A stretch of 56,265 nt of DNA, taken from positions 1 to 56,265 of the IMG/VR virus record IMGVR_UViG_3300036857_000084; one strand, 5' to 3'. The DNA is from a virus. Lineage: Duplodnaviria > Caudoviricetes. This document shows positions 1 through 8,571 of the stretch, piece after piece. The translations under genes were made by a program, and so were the position numbers. The number at the start of each line of letters is the position of its first letter. Position 1 is the first letter of the stretch. Below the pieces are notes generated by a model. It was not told the DNA's origin. It made no database searches and was given only the letters and a program-made list of their open reading frames with translations.

Positions 1-26
1 GATCTACAGGTTGTGGTTCTCGACCA
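1..26. repeat. Terminal direct repeat (assembly overlap), identical to 56240-56265
   Basis: GATCTACAGGTTGTGGTTCTCGACCA at both ends; an ORF reads through the junction. Confidence 0.95.
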
Positions 27-360
27 GACCGCACGCTCGGTCAAGATCACAGTCAACTTCACGCTGGCGGGCGACGGCGCAACCGGCAAGCCCTGGAAGG
101 CCGACTGGGGCGATGGTCGCATGAACACCTACGCAGCCGCGACCAAGACCGTCACCCAGACCTACGCCAAGGATGGATCGTACAGGATCGAGGTTCAGGA
201 CCTCAACGGCGACACGCGGACGCACCGTGAGGTCACGGTCGGCAAGGAGCCGTACAAGACCTATGACCCCGAGAAGATCCTGCCAACGATGAACGAGCGC
301 TACCAGCGCGAGGCCGCCAAGGCCGGCAGGATGGGCTACGCCAAGCGGTACATCGGGTGA
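1..360 (+). CDS. PKD/Ig-like domain virion protein; true start is ATG 56237 across the circular junction (MDLQVVVLDQ...)
   Basis: DWGDG...TQTYAKDGSYRIEV is a PKD-fold signature; its ATG overlaps the portal stop (TGATG). Confidence 0.7.
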   Translation, partial: DLQVVVLDQTARSVKITVNFTLAGDGATGKPWKADWGDGRMNTYAAATKTVTQTYAKDGSYRIEVQDLNGDTRTHREVTVGKEPYKTYDPEKILPTMNERYQREAAKAGRMGYAKRYIG

Positions 361-364
361 CCTG

Positions 365-526
365 ATGCCAGCGCGGTCACAAAAGCAGCGGGCCTGGGCA
401 TTCGGCGTCAAGGGCGCAGCCTGGGCTCGCAGACACCATTTCGACAACAAGGGCAAGCTGCCCAAGTACGTCAAGGGGAGCAAGTCCAAGAAGCGCCGCA
501 AGGGAGGGCGCAGAAGGCGCAGGTGA
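365..526 (+). CDS. Small, very basic protein (53 aa, MPARSQKQRAW...KKRRKGGRRRRR)
   Basis: Hand-translated ORF filling the gap; Lys/Arg tail. Confidence 0.7.
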   Translation: MPARSQKQRAWAFGVKGAAWARRHHFDNKGKLPKYVKGSKSKKRRKGGRRRRR

Positions 527-527
527 G

Positions 528-686
528 ATGGGACTCGTACTAGTCATAGTCGGGCTTGTGCTCCTGTTGCTGGGTTACTTCCTGATTGGATTGATCCTGA
601 TCATCATTGGGATCTGTCTATTCTGGGCGCCCGGGCCGGTGTACGGCTACGGCTACTGGCGTGACCGACGGAGGCCACCGCCATGA
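528..686 (+). CDS. Small membrane protein (52 aa)
   Basis: MGLVLVIVGLVLLLLGYFLIGLILIIIGICLFW hydrophobic hairpin; stop overlaps next ATG (ATGA). Confidence 0.7.
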   Translation: MGLVLVIVGLVLLLLGYFLIGLILIIIGICLFWAPGPVYGYGYWRDRRRPPP

Positions 687-2299
687 GTCGTGCACTTGAT
701 CTCTCTCGTACAATCAAGGCGGCAGCGGCAGCAACCCTCTCGATGGCAGAGTTGGTTGATGTCGAGGATGTCGAGATTGTCCAGACCGGCATCGAGTATC
801 CGTTGGCCAGCGGTCCCAGGACCTTCACCGTCAACGATCTGTCAGATATCGTGTCTTCGCAGGATGACCCCGCAGTCAAGACCCCGCGGCTGAAGTTGGG
901 TCACGAGGCGGATATCGGCATCCTCGAGGATGGTCAGCCTGCCATCGGCACTCTCCAGAATCTCAAGCTTGATCAAGACGGTCATCTTGTTCGCGGGAAC
1001 TACACGCAGATCCCAGCATGGCTGGCTCGGGTTCTGCCAAGCGCATATCCGGCCCGTTCAATCGAGGCCGCAACTGAAGTGGAGACTCCAACCGGCCACC
1101 ACTGGCGCGTGGTCTTGACGGATCTGGCGCTCCTGGGCGTCGTATGGCCGGGCGTAAGCACGCTCGACGACATCAAGGCGCTGTACTCCGTCGATGGACC
1201 GGACAACATGCAGGTTCTGTCAACAAGAGGGGAGGTAGAGGCAGTGTTCGGCGCAAGCCTCGCTGCGTCTGGTCGGATTGCCGGCCAGGTGGACGTGGAT
1301 GAGATTCTGCGCTCGTACCGCGAGCAGAAGTCACCCGATCAGTTCTGGTGGTGGGTCCGCTCGATGTACATGGATCCCAACGAACTGATCGTGGAGGACG
1401 AAGACAGCGGTGAGCTGTATCGAGTCCCCTACACCGTCAGTGGCGAGAAGGTGGATTTCCAAGATCCCATTCCCGTCAAGATCAAGTACGTAGACAAGCC
1501 CAAGCCCAAGGAGAAGGAAGCAGCCGCACTGGCCGCGACCGCCGCCTGGGAGAGCCTCCATCCGACGGCTCGTCGCAGGGCGCTCTACGCAACACGAGAG
1601 GAGTTCAACCGAGTGGGTGCGAACGGCACCGAGTTCGACCCCATCGCGCTTCGCAATGCGCTGGGGCTGGAGGACGACGCCACCGATGAGGAGGTGCAGG
1701 CAGCCCTTGGCGCAGCCGGGTTTGTCGCACCACCTGGCCAGGAAGTGCCCTCGGCACCTGCCGCCGCTCCGCGCGCACCGGCAGCCGAGCAGCCTGGCAC
1801 ATCGGCGTCGGGTACTGCGGCAACACCGCCCGTAGCTCCCGACAACACGGCGCCGTCTGGGCCAAACGACCCTGCGGTCGCGCAGCCCACGACGACGCCT
1901 GCGGCGGCCTCACCGACACCCGCCGAGCCCGTTCAGGCCAGCGATGGCACTGTGCGGCTCGACGCGGAGACATACCGTACCCTCATGACGGGCGCCCAGC
2001 ATGGCTCGCAGGCGTTCGCCCGACAGAACAGGGAAGACCGCGACCGCGTCATCATCGATGCCGTGGCCGACGGCAAGATCCCACCGAGTCGGGCTGAGCA
2101 CTGGGAGCAGGCCTGGGAGCGCGATCCCGATGGTACGCGGACGCTACTGACGGCGTCCGTCGAGCAAGGCGGACTGGCGGCAGGGCTGCTGCCGGTTGGC
2201 GACCCCATCGGCGCAGAGCACCCGACGGAAGACCTCACGGTCGATGCGTATCCGGCCGAGTGGCTGCCTGAGGTTCAGCAGCGAGGAGGGCAGGGCTGA
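683..2299 (+). CDS. Capsid maturation protease/scaffold (Mu gpI-like)
   Basis: LKLGH...PAIG...YPARSIE...LTDLALLG..PGV protease-like N-terminus; Pro/Ala linker; AVADGKIPP scaffold C-terminus; lies before capsid genes. Confidence 0.8.
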   Translation: MSRALDLSRTIKAAAAATLSMAELVDVEDVEIVQTGIEYPLASGPRTFTVNDLSDIVSSQDDPAVKTPRLKLGHEADIGILEDGQPAIGTLQNLKLDQDGHLVRGNYTQIPAWLARVLPSAYPARSIEAATEVETPTGHHWRVVLTDLALLGVVWPGVSTLDDIKALYSVDGPDNMQVLSTRGEVEAVFGASLAASGRIAGQVDVDEILRSYREQKSPDQFWWWVRSMYMDPNELIVEDEDSGELYRVPYTVSGEKVDFQDPIPVKIKYVDKPKPKEKEAAALAATAAWESLHPTARRRALYATREEFNRVGANGTEFDPIALRNALGLEDDATDEEVQAALGAAGFVAPPGQEVPSAPAAAPRAPAAEQPGTSASGTAATPPVAPDNTAPSGPNDPAVAQPTTTPAAASPTPAEPVQASDGTVRLDAETYRTLMTGAQHGSQAFARQNREDRDRVIIDAVADGKIPPSRAEHWEQAWERDPDGTRTLLTASVEQGGLAAGLLPVGDPIGAEHPTEDLTVDAYPAEWLPEVQQRGGQG

Positions 2300-2730
2300 T
2301 GACCAACACCACCAACCTTGCCGTTCCGTACTACGAGCCTGGCAGTCGCATCACCGGGCGTGCCACGACCGCCAAGGTCATCGGCAAGACGTTCGTGGAG
2401 ATTGCCGCCACCAAGGACCCTGGCTCACGCGGCCTCGATCCTGATCCCGGCGGCACGGGCGGCAACGTCCGCATCCAGCCGGCAGGTGCTGGCTCCACGA
2501 AGGTGTTCGGCGTGGCCGAACACGATGCCGAAGTCGGGTACACCACGACCGTCTTCACCGACGGGTTCGTGGTCCCGATCACGGCGGCAGTCGCCATCAC
2601 GGCGGGTGACCGAATCACACCAGCGGCGGGCGGTCAGGCCGGCAAGGTCGCGACCACCGAGCCCAACTGTGGGCTCGCTCTGGCCGATGCCGCAGTCGGC
2701 CAGGACGCCATCGTCCTGCTGCGGCTCTAG
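2299..2730 (+). CDS. Capsid decoration/cement protein (DUF2190-like)
   Basis: FGVAEHDA...VPITAAVAITAGD...GLALADA pattern; sits between scaffold and major capsid. Confidence 0.75.
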   Translation: MTNTTNLAVPYYEPGSRITGRATTAKVIGKTFVEIAATKDPGSRGLDPDPGGTGGNVRIQPAGAGSTKVFGVAEHDAEVGYTTTVFTDGFVVPITAAVAITAGDRITPAAGGQAGKVATTEPNCGLALADAAVGQDAIVLLRL

Positions 2731-2745
2731 GAAGGAGGTGAGGGA

Positions 2746-3819
2746 ATGTACACAGGAGTGACAGAACGACAGCTGGAAGCCTTCTGCCGGTACGAGGGTC
2801 TGATCCGCGGTTCCAACCGCCAGATGCAGGCCTGGGCCGCTGCGGCAATCGCGGCCAACCGGGGCGGTGCGCTCGAACGGCGCCGTCAGGCCCAGCTCCA
2901 CAACGGTGGACGTCGCCGCATGTCGGCCGCCACGACGTATCCGATGCCGACGACCCACCCACTGGGTCCGCCGTCGGTCGCCGGCACGAGCATCACCGTG
3001 CCGACGATGCTCAACCAGCCGACGCGCATCACGCGGATGATCATGGATCTGACGCAGGAGCGGTTCATCGCGGATCGCATTTTCGCGTCTGGCGGCGGGG
3101 TCACCGGTGGCGCCGTCGTCTACGACGTCGTTCAGGAGAACGAGCTGTACACGAACAGGGATGTCGAGCAGGTGGCACCTGCCGGCGAGTTCCCGCTCGT
3201 GACGACAGAGCAGCTCGTGCCGAACGTCGCTGAGGTGGAGAAGTGGGGCGGCAAGACGTTCATCACGGACGAAGCCCGTGACCGGAACGACACCGCCAAC
3301 TTCACCCGCCTGATGCGGCAGCTGGCGAACACCATCGTCCGCAAGCTCAACCAGCGGGCGATGAACACCCTCAACGCTGCCATCGCAGACGGCAGCCGCG
3401 ACGTCATCGGCAACGACTGGGCGTCGTACGACCCCGAGACAGATCCGCCGCAGGAGTCACCCGCGTATGACTTCGGTCGCGCGAACATGCAGGCGGACAA
3501 CGAGGAGATGGGGATCGAGTACAACCTGTGGCTCATCAACCCGCAGGAGTCGCTCGCCCTCACCGCCATCTACGGGCCTGCCCTCGGCGCGCCCGGGATG
3601 CCCTCGTTCTACAGCACGCCACGAGTGGCCGCAGGTGAGGCGTTCGCAGTGGCTGAGCGTCAGGTTGGCCAGATGCGGACGGAGAAGCCGCTCGGCACCG
3701 AGACCTGGCGCGAGCAGAAGACAGAGCGGACGTGGGCGCAGTCCTCAGTCCGCCCGCTCTGGTTCGTGGACAACAAGTTCGCGATCCTGCACTTCAAGGG
3801 CCTCGACGGCACTCCGTAG
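2746..3819 (+). CDS. Major capsid protein
   Basis: Strong RBS AAGGAGGTG; GGAVVY, EQVAPAGEFP, VEKWGGK, RQLANTIVRK motifs typical of actinophage capsids. Confidence 0.88.
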   Translation: MYTGVTERQLEAFCRYEGLIRGSNRQMQAWAAAAIAANRGGALERRRQAQLHNGGRRRMSAATTYPMPTTHPLGPPSVAGTSITVPTMLNQPTRITRMIMDLTQERFIADRIFASGGGVTGGAVVYDVVQENELYTNRDVEQVAPAGEFPLVTTEQLVPNVAEVEKWGGKTFITDEARDRNDTANFTRLMRQLANTIVRKLNQRAMNTLNAAIADGSRDVIGNDWASYDPETDPPQESPAYDFGRANMQADNEEMGIEYNLWLINPQESLALTAIYGPALGAPGMPSFYSTPRVAAGEAFAVAERQVGQMRTEKPLGTETWREQKTERTWAQSSVRPLWFVDNKFAILHFKGLDGTP

Positions 3820-3821
3820 CC

Positions 3822-4277
3822 ATGGCCCTGGTCACGATCAAGCACGCTCAGTTCCTGTACTACACGGAACGTGAGTACACCGACCCGCTCTCTGGCGAGA
3901 AGAAGACACGGCTCAGTCGACACATCGCCCTCCGGAACCAGTCGGTCGACATCCCGCGCGATGAGGATCTAGAGCGCGGGGAAGCAGTCGGTGCTTTCAT
4001 GACCGCAGCTGACGAGACAACGGCGGATGAGGTGGCTGAGGACGAAGCCACCTCAGAGCCGCCGCTCGACAGCAGCGAACTCGACTTCAGCAACCAGGAT
4101 GAGCTGGTGGCCTACCTCAAGGAGAACAAGCCGACGGTGGTCGCAACGGTCGCTCTGGCTGAGAATGATCCTGAGCAGGCCGAGGCGCTCATGGAAGCTG
4201 AAGAGATCGCATCCGGCGGGCAGCCTCGCGCCGGGGTCATGAGCGGACTGCAGAAGATCCTGGACTCGGAGGAATAG
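3822..4277 (+). CDS. Hypothetical head-associated protein
   Basis: ATG just after capsid stop; acidic, with C-terminal helical motif (E...PRAGVMSGL). Confidence 0.65.
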   Translation: MALVTIKHAQFLYYTEREYTDPLSGEKKTRLSRHIALRNQSVDIPRDEDLERGEAVGAFMTAADETTADEVAEDEATSEPPLDSSELDFSNQDELVAYLKENKPTVVATVALAENDPEQAEALMEAEEIASGGQPRAGVMSGLQKILDSEE

Positions 4278-4792
4278 TGTCCACGCCCCCTGATATCACC
4301 CGCCCGCATCCTGACGAGTGTTACCCCACCGTCGATGAGGTGGGTGCGTTCTTGCGGGCACGGACACAAGACGACGATGACCAGGAAATCGGGACTTTCA
4401 CTCCCGATACACGTCCAACAGACGACGAGGTTCAGAAGCTGATCAACAGGGCTGCCGGCGTGGTGTATGGGACTGTCGGCAGCCCAAACGACTGGACATG
4501 TTCTTCATCTGCTGACATTCAGGATCAAGCGAAGTCGTGGATCATCCTGCTTGTCTGCATGCTGATCGAGTTGTCGTACTTCCCTGAGCAAGTGCGCTCG
4601 GATCGGTCAGCGTTCCAGGGCTACAAGGACTTGTGGGATGACGAGACGGTTGGCTTCAATGTCTTCCGTGAAGCGGCAATCGCGTGTGGCGGGACTGGGA
4701 CTGATCCCGAGGGTGGCGCCTCCGCCGCATTCCCCAGCTTCGCCTTCCCAGTTGACATCGGCGGCATGGTGGGCTGGCAGACCAGCTGGTAA
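4277..4792 (+). CDS. Head-to-tail adaptor
   Basis: PTVDEVGAFLRART...GTFTPDTRPT...IELSYFPEQ resembles actinophage adaptors; synteny. Confidence 0.75.
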   Translation: MSTPPDITRPHPDECYPTVDEVGAFLRARTQDDDDQEIGTFTPDTRPTDDEVQKLINRAAGVVYGTVGSPNDWTCSSSADIQDQAKSWIILLVCMLIELSYFPEQVRSDRSAFQGYKDLWDDETVGFNVFREAAIACGGTGTDPEGGASAAFPSFAFPVDIGGMVGWQTSW

Positions 4793-5241
4793 TGGCCGGC
4801 ACTCGCTTCCAAGTCAAGACTTATGGCGCTCGCCTCGTGGAGCGTCGGCTCAACAACATGGCCAATCTTGCGGAGGACATGCGACCTGCGTGGCCAGCCG
4901 TCACTGCGGTGGCGGCGCGCGGTATCAGGAACAGCTTCTCCAAGCAGGGTCCGGGCTGGGCTCCGCTACGGGACAAGACGATTCGCAGCCGCATCGCTGA
5001 GGGCTATCCGCCCGGTCCCATCCTCACCAAGTCGGGCAGGTATCGCAAGGCCGCCACTCAGCCCCGGCCTGTTGGGACATCCTCGACGTTGACGCTAATG
5101 ATCGACGTCACATACGGCGAGTACCACATGACTGGCACTGCGCGGATGCCTGCGCGCCCGATCAAGATCAGCAAGTTCTACCAGAAGGAAATGGCTGCTG
5201 TCATCAGGATCAAGTTGATGGAGGCGTACACAGGTGGCTAA
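4792..5241 (+). CDS. Virion morphogenesis/neck protein (Mu gpG-like)
   Basis: WAPL..KT, IL..SG, YGEYHMTGT.RMPARP motifs. Confidence 0.75.
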   Translation: MAGTRFQVKTYGARLVERRLNNMANLAEDMRPAWPAVTAVAARGIRNSFSKQGPGWAPLRDKTIRSRIAEGYPPGPILTKSGRYRKAATQPRPVGTSSTLTLMIDVTYGEYHMTGTARMPARPIKISKFYQKEMAAVIRIKLMEAYTGG

Positions 5242-5947
5242 TCAGTTCGCCCCCAATCTCGCAGACACCGCGCCTGAGCTGGTATTCGGGCAGCTGCTCG
5301 GACAGCACTCAGTTGATGAAGCAGTCATCGGGATGATGAAGAAGTGGTTGAACACTTATCTGCATGAAGTTGCGCGGCAGGCTGGAGAGAGCTTCAACAG
5401 GCTGACTCCCATTCGGTCAGTTAGAGTGGCGACCGATATGGAGAATATGCCCGAGGACCAACATCCTGCTCTGATTCTCTTCAGCCCTGGTCTCCTTGAT
5501 CCTCCGACCAAGAGCGCGGTTGACGGTCGGACTGGCAAGGCGTACACCGGGAAGTGGGAGTATCAGATTGGCATCCAGGTGGTCGCCAAGGGCAGCAAGC
5601 AGACAGCTGTTCCGCGCGCAATCAGACTGGCGTCGCTGTACGCGACAGCGATCCGTGGCGTCATGATTCAGCAGCGCGACACCCCGCCCGATGGCAAGGG
5701 CATCCTCGGCATGATTGACTGGATTGATGAGCGTCCGGACGGACTGGAATCGGACTCTGATAGAACTACATGCTTGTATGTGTCCACCTACAATGTCGAG
5801 GTGAATGATGTAACCACGTGGGGTACGGGACCAATCGAGCCCGGCTGGCCGCCGGATGAGAGTGAGGACCCGGATTCAGATACTTGGCCTCAGGTTCAGC
5901 TAACTGATGTCGAGATCATCAAGGAACCAATTGAAGGAGGGAGTTGA
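5234..5947 (+). CDS. Putative tail terminator
   Basis: Position immediately before the sheath; size. Confidence 0.55.
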   Translation: MANQFAPNLADTAPELVFGQLLGQHSVDEAVIGMMKKWLNTYLHEVARQAGESFNRLTPIRSVRVATDMENMPEDQHPALILFSPGLLDPPTKSAVDGRTGKAYTGKWEYQIGIQVVAKGSKQTAVPRAIRLASLYATAIRGVMIQQRDTPPDGKGILGMIDWIDERPDGLESDSDRTTCLYVSTYNVEVNDVTTWGTGPIEPGWPPDESEDPDSDTWPQVQLTDVEIIKEPIEGGS

Positions 5948-5950
5948 GTA

Positions 5951-7399
5951 ATGCCGCGACCTGGCGTCGATGTCAACATCGTCGAGGAGTTCATTCCGGG
6001 TCAGGCCGTCCTCGCAACCGATCAGTCGTTCATGATCGGCATCACGGAACGTGGACCTGTCGGTGAGACGCTGGCCCTACACTCTGGCAAGCAGTACGAG
6101 TCGGTGTACGGAAGTCGGGTCATCGATGCTGTTCTCTCGGACAGTGCCCACTCGTTCTTCAACGAGGGCGGAGCAACGCTCTATGTCTCCAGGTACGCCG
6201 CTGACGGAGCGCTGTCAGCGGAGGGCGATCTGGGGACGGGGTTGGTCGCAACGGCCAAGGGTCCGGGTGCATGGGGCAACAACCTGACGGTGACGCTGGA
6301 GGCTCCCGGCAGCACGCTGCGGGATGCCGCCAAGCCGCTCGGTCCTGATGACCGCGTCGTCGTCGTGGAGGAGAGTGGCGTGGTGAAGGAGCGGTCGATA
6401 GTGGTCTCCACTACCGATGCTGCTATCGCCTACGTCAACGCTCACAGCAGCCTCATCACACTCGGCCCCGGCGCAGACAACGTGATGCCCGCTGTCGACA
6501 CGACGGTCGATCTGGCCGGAGGCGACGACGACAACACGTGGGACGGCGCCACTGTGCGTGAGCTGCTCGACGTGTTCACGTACGCACTCGGACCGGGCCA
6601 GGTGTCAGCCCCTGGTCACTACGACACGGACACGCACCTCGCCATCGGCGAGCACTGCGACTCGCATCACCGCTGCGGCATCGTCGATCTGCCGAACACC
6701 AACGACCCAACGGTGCTTGCTGCGGCAGTCGGCGCGCTGTACGGACAGCCTGGCTGCAACTACCTGCTCCCGTGCGGGTCGTGGCTGAACTACCCGTACA
6801 GCACTGCGCCTGCGACCATCGTGCTGCCGTACTCCGGCATGCAGTCGGGCCTGATCGCACTCGCCGACAAGAAGGGCGATCCGTCCATCGCTGCGGCCGG
6901 TGCCGATGGCATCAGTCGCTACGCGCTCGGGCTCACGCAGGAGTACACGGACGCCGACCGGCAGGATCTGAACGAACTCGGCGTCTGCCTCGGCAAGAAC
7001 GTGTACGGGCAGATCCGCACCTACGGCTACCGCACCGCCGGTGGGCCGGACGAGGACAACTGGCTGTTCTTCCAGGAGAGCCGCGTCGTCATGGCAATCG
7101 CGCACGAATGTGACGCCGCCATGGAGGAGTACGTGTTCAAGACCATCGACGGTCGGCAGCACTTGCTCCTGAAGGTCAACGCGGCCCTGACCGGAATCTG
7201 CCAGCGCTACTGGCAGGCGAACGCTCTGTTCGGCGAGACAGCGGCGGATGCCTTCCGTGTTGACACCGGCTCGGCGGTGAACACCATCGAGACGATCAAG
7301 GCCGGTGAGGTGCACGCACAGGTGCTCCTCAAGACCAGCCGGTTGGCTGAGTGGATCGAAGTCAACCTGTTCAAGAAGTCCCTCGAATCAGTCCTCTAG
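5951..7399 (+). CDS. Tail sheath protein
   Basis: MPRPGVDV, GITERGPV, FFNEGG..LYVSR, A.GPGAWGN, LNELGV, RTYGYRT, AEWIEV motifs. Confidence 0.92.
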   Translation: MPRPGVDVNIVEEFIPGQAVLATDQSFMIGITERGPVGETLALHSGKQYESVYGSRVIDAVLSDSAHSFFNEGGATLYVSRYAADGALSAEGDLGTGLVATAKGPGAWGNNLTVTLEAPGSTLRDAAKPLGPDDRVVVVEESGVVKERSIVVSTTDAAIAYVNAHSSLITLGPGADNVMPAVDTTVDLAGGDDDNTWDGATVRELLDVFTYALGPGQVSAPGHYDTDTHLAIGEHCDSHHRCGIVDLPNTNDPTVLAAAVGALYGQPGCNYLLPCGSWLNYPYSTAPATIVLPYSGMQSGLIALADKKGDPSIAAAGADGISRYALGLTQEYTDADRQDLNELGVCLGKNVYGQIRTYGYRTAGGPDEDNWLFFQESRVVMAIAHECDAAMEEYVFKTIDGRQHLLLKVNAALTGICQRYWQANALFGETAADAFRVDTGSAVNTIETIKAGEVHAQVLLKTSRLAEWIEVNLFKKSLESVL

Positions 7400-7412
7400 G
7401 GAGGTGATGTAA

Positions 7413-7832
7413 GTGGCCAACCCGACTCGCCAAGACACCTGGCTAGTGACTCTCTCGCTGGAGGGTCGTGACCTGGGTATCTGGGACAAGAAGTCCGGTG
7501 GTGAGATCGACTCGGACGAGAACAAGTACCCGCCAGGTGGCATGCTGGCCGAGATCAGCCTCGGTGGTCGCAAGACCTATGGTGAGCTCACCATGAGCCG
7601 CTACTACGACACGCAACGGGATCATCCCATCTTCGGATGGTTCCATTCGCAGGTCGGTGCGGGGCGCGGAGCGATCGGCATGACACCGCTGGACTTCCAC
7701 GGCAACCCGCAGGGCGCTCCCATCGTTGCGGGCGGGACGCTCAAGACGTACACGCCGCCTGAAGTCGACAACGAGAGCGGCGATGCTGCACTCGTCGAAC
7801 TGGCGTTCACCATCGACACCTATTCGCCGTGA
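7413..7832 (+). CDS. Tail tube protein
   Basis: Follows the sheath; WDKKSGGE...ELTMSRYYD...ELAFTI; 139 aa. Confidence 0.8.
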   Translation: MANPTRQDTWLVTLSLEGRDLGIWDKKSGGEIDSDENKYPPGGMLAEISLGGRKTYGELTMSRYYDTQRDHPIFGWFHSQVGAGRGAIGMTPLDFHGNPQGAPIVAGGTLKTYTPPEVDNESGDAALVELAFTIDTYSP

Positions 7833-8359
7833 TGGTCGAGATTGCTGTCGGTCACGGCGATGTCAACGAGCCGACTGTGGGCAGCACGGAGGCTGCCCCT
7901 GGCTCAATCATCCGTCAACTCCGTGTCGCTGCACAGGCACAGCAGCAGGAAATGATCAAGGACTTTCCTGTTGGCGGCGAATTCAAGAGTGTGCTCCAGA
8001 TTCGCTACAAGCCGCTGCGCCCGGAGGTAATGGACGATTTCGTCGCCAAGCAACTGCGGTCCGATATCGGGGCCATCGAGCTCAACATGGACTTGATGGC
8101 CCGAGCCTGCGTCGCAGTTGTTGGCTGCGATCCATCTACTGGTGAGAAGGAGATTCTGTCTGACGAACGCGGAGCAATCCTCCTGGAGCATCGGCTCGCC
8201 GTGCTCTTGGACTTTCCAATTCCACCGGGCGCGACGCTGACGTCGCACGAAGTCATCAACATGCTGTTTGGGTTCAACGGCATGGCGATTGGCGCACATG
8301 GCGACATGGTGTCCGAGTGGATGCGTAACCCAGGTGGAGAAAACCTGGGGGAAGGCTAG
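7829..8359 (+). CDS. Tail assembly chaperone (G)
   Basis: Between tube and tape measure; ends in slippery G GGG GAA (8347-8353). Confidence 0.75.
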   Translation: MMVEIAVGHGDVNEPTVGSTEAAPGSIIRQLRVAAQAQQQEMIKDFPVGGEFKSVLQIRYKPLRPEVMDDFVAKQLRSDIGAIELNMDLMARACVAVVGCDPSTGEKEILSDERGAILLEHRLAVLLDFPIPPGATLTSHEVINMLFGFNGMAIGAHGDMVSEWMRNPGGENLGEG

Positions 8360-8568
8360 CCGCTCCATGGATCACGACCCTCGCAGTAGCTGGTCTGATC
8401 GGCATTCAGCCGACGGACATTTTGCGAGCCGATCCAATCGAGCGGGACATCTTGCTGGCCATAGTTGCGGAAGGACAGAAGCTCAGCGAAATGCGGGATC
8501 GCAACTTGGCTATCATGATCATCAGCGAACTAGCGCGAGCCATGGAGAAGGGTCGCAAGAAGCGCTGA
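8350..8568 (+). CDS. Tail assembly chaperone -1 frameshift extension (GT): GRLAAPWITTLAVAGLIG...MEKGRKKR
   Basis: The -1 frame is open from the slippery site to TGA 8566-8568, 3 nt before the tape measure ATG. Confidence 0.75.
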   Translation, partial: GRLAAPWITTLAVAGLIGIQPTDILRADPIERDILLAIVAEGQKLSEMRDRNLAIMIISELARAMEKGRKKR

Positions 8569-8571
8569 AGC

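Noticed and set aside
1-26. Biological terminal repeat or att site
   Set aside because: It falls inside a continuous ORF and is best explained as assembly overlap of a circular contig
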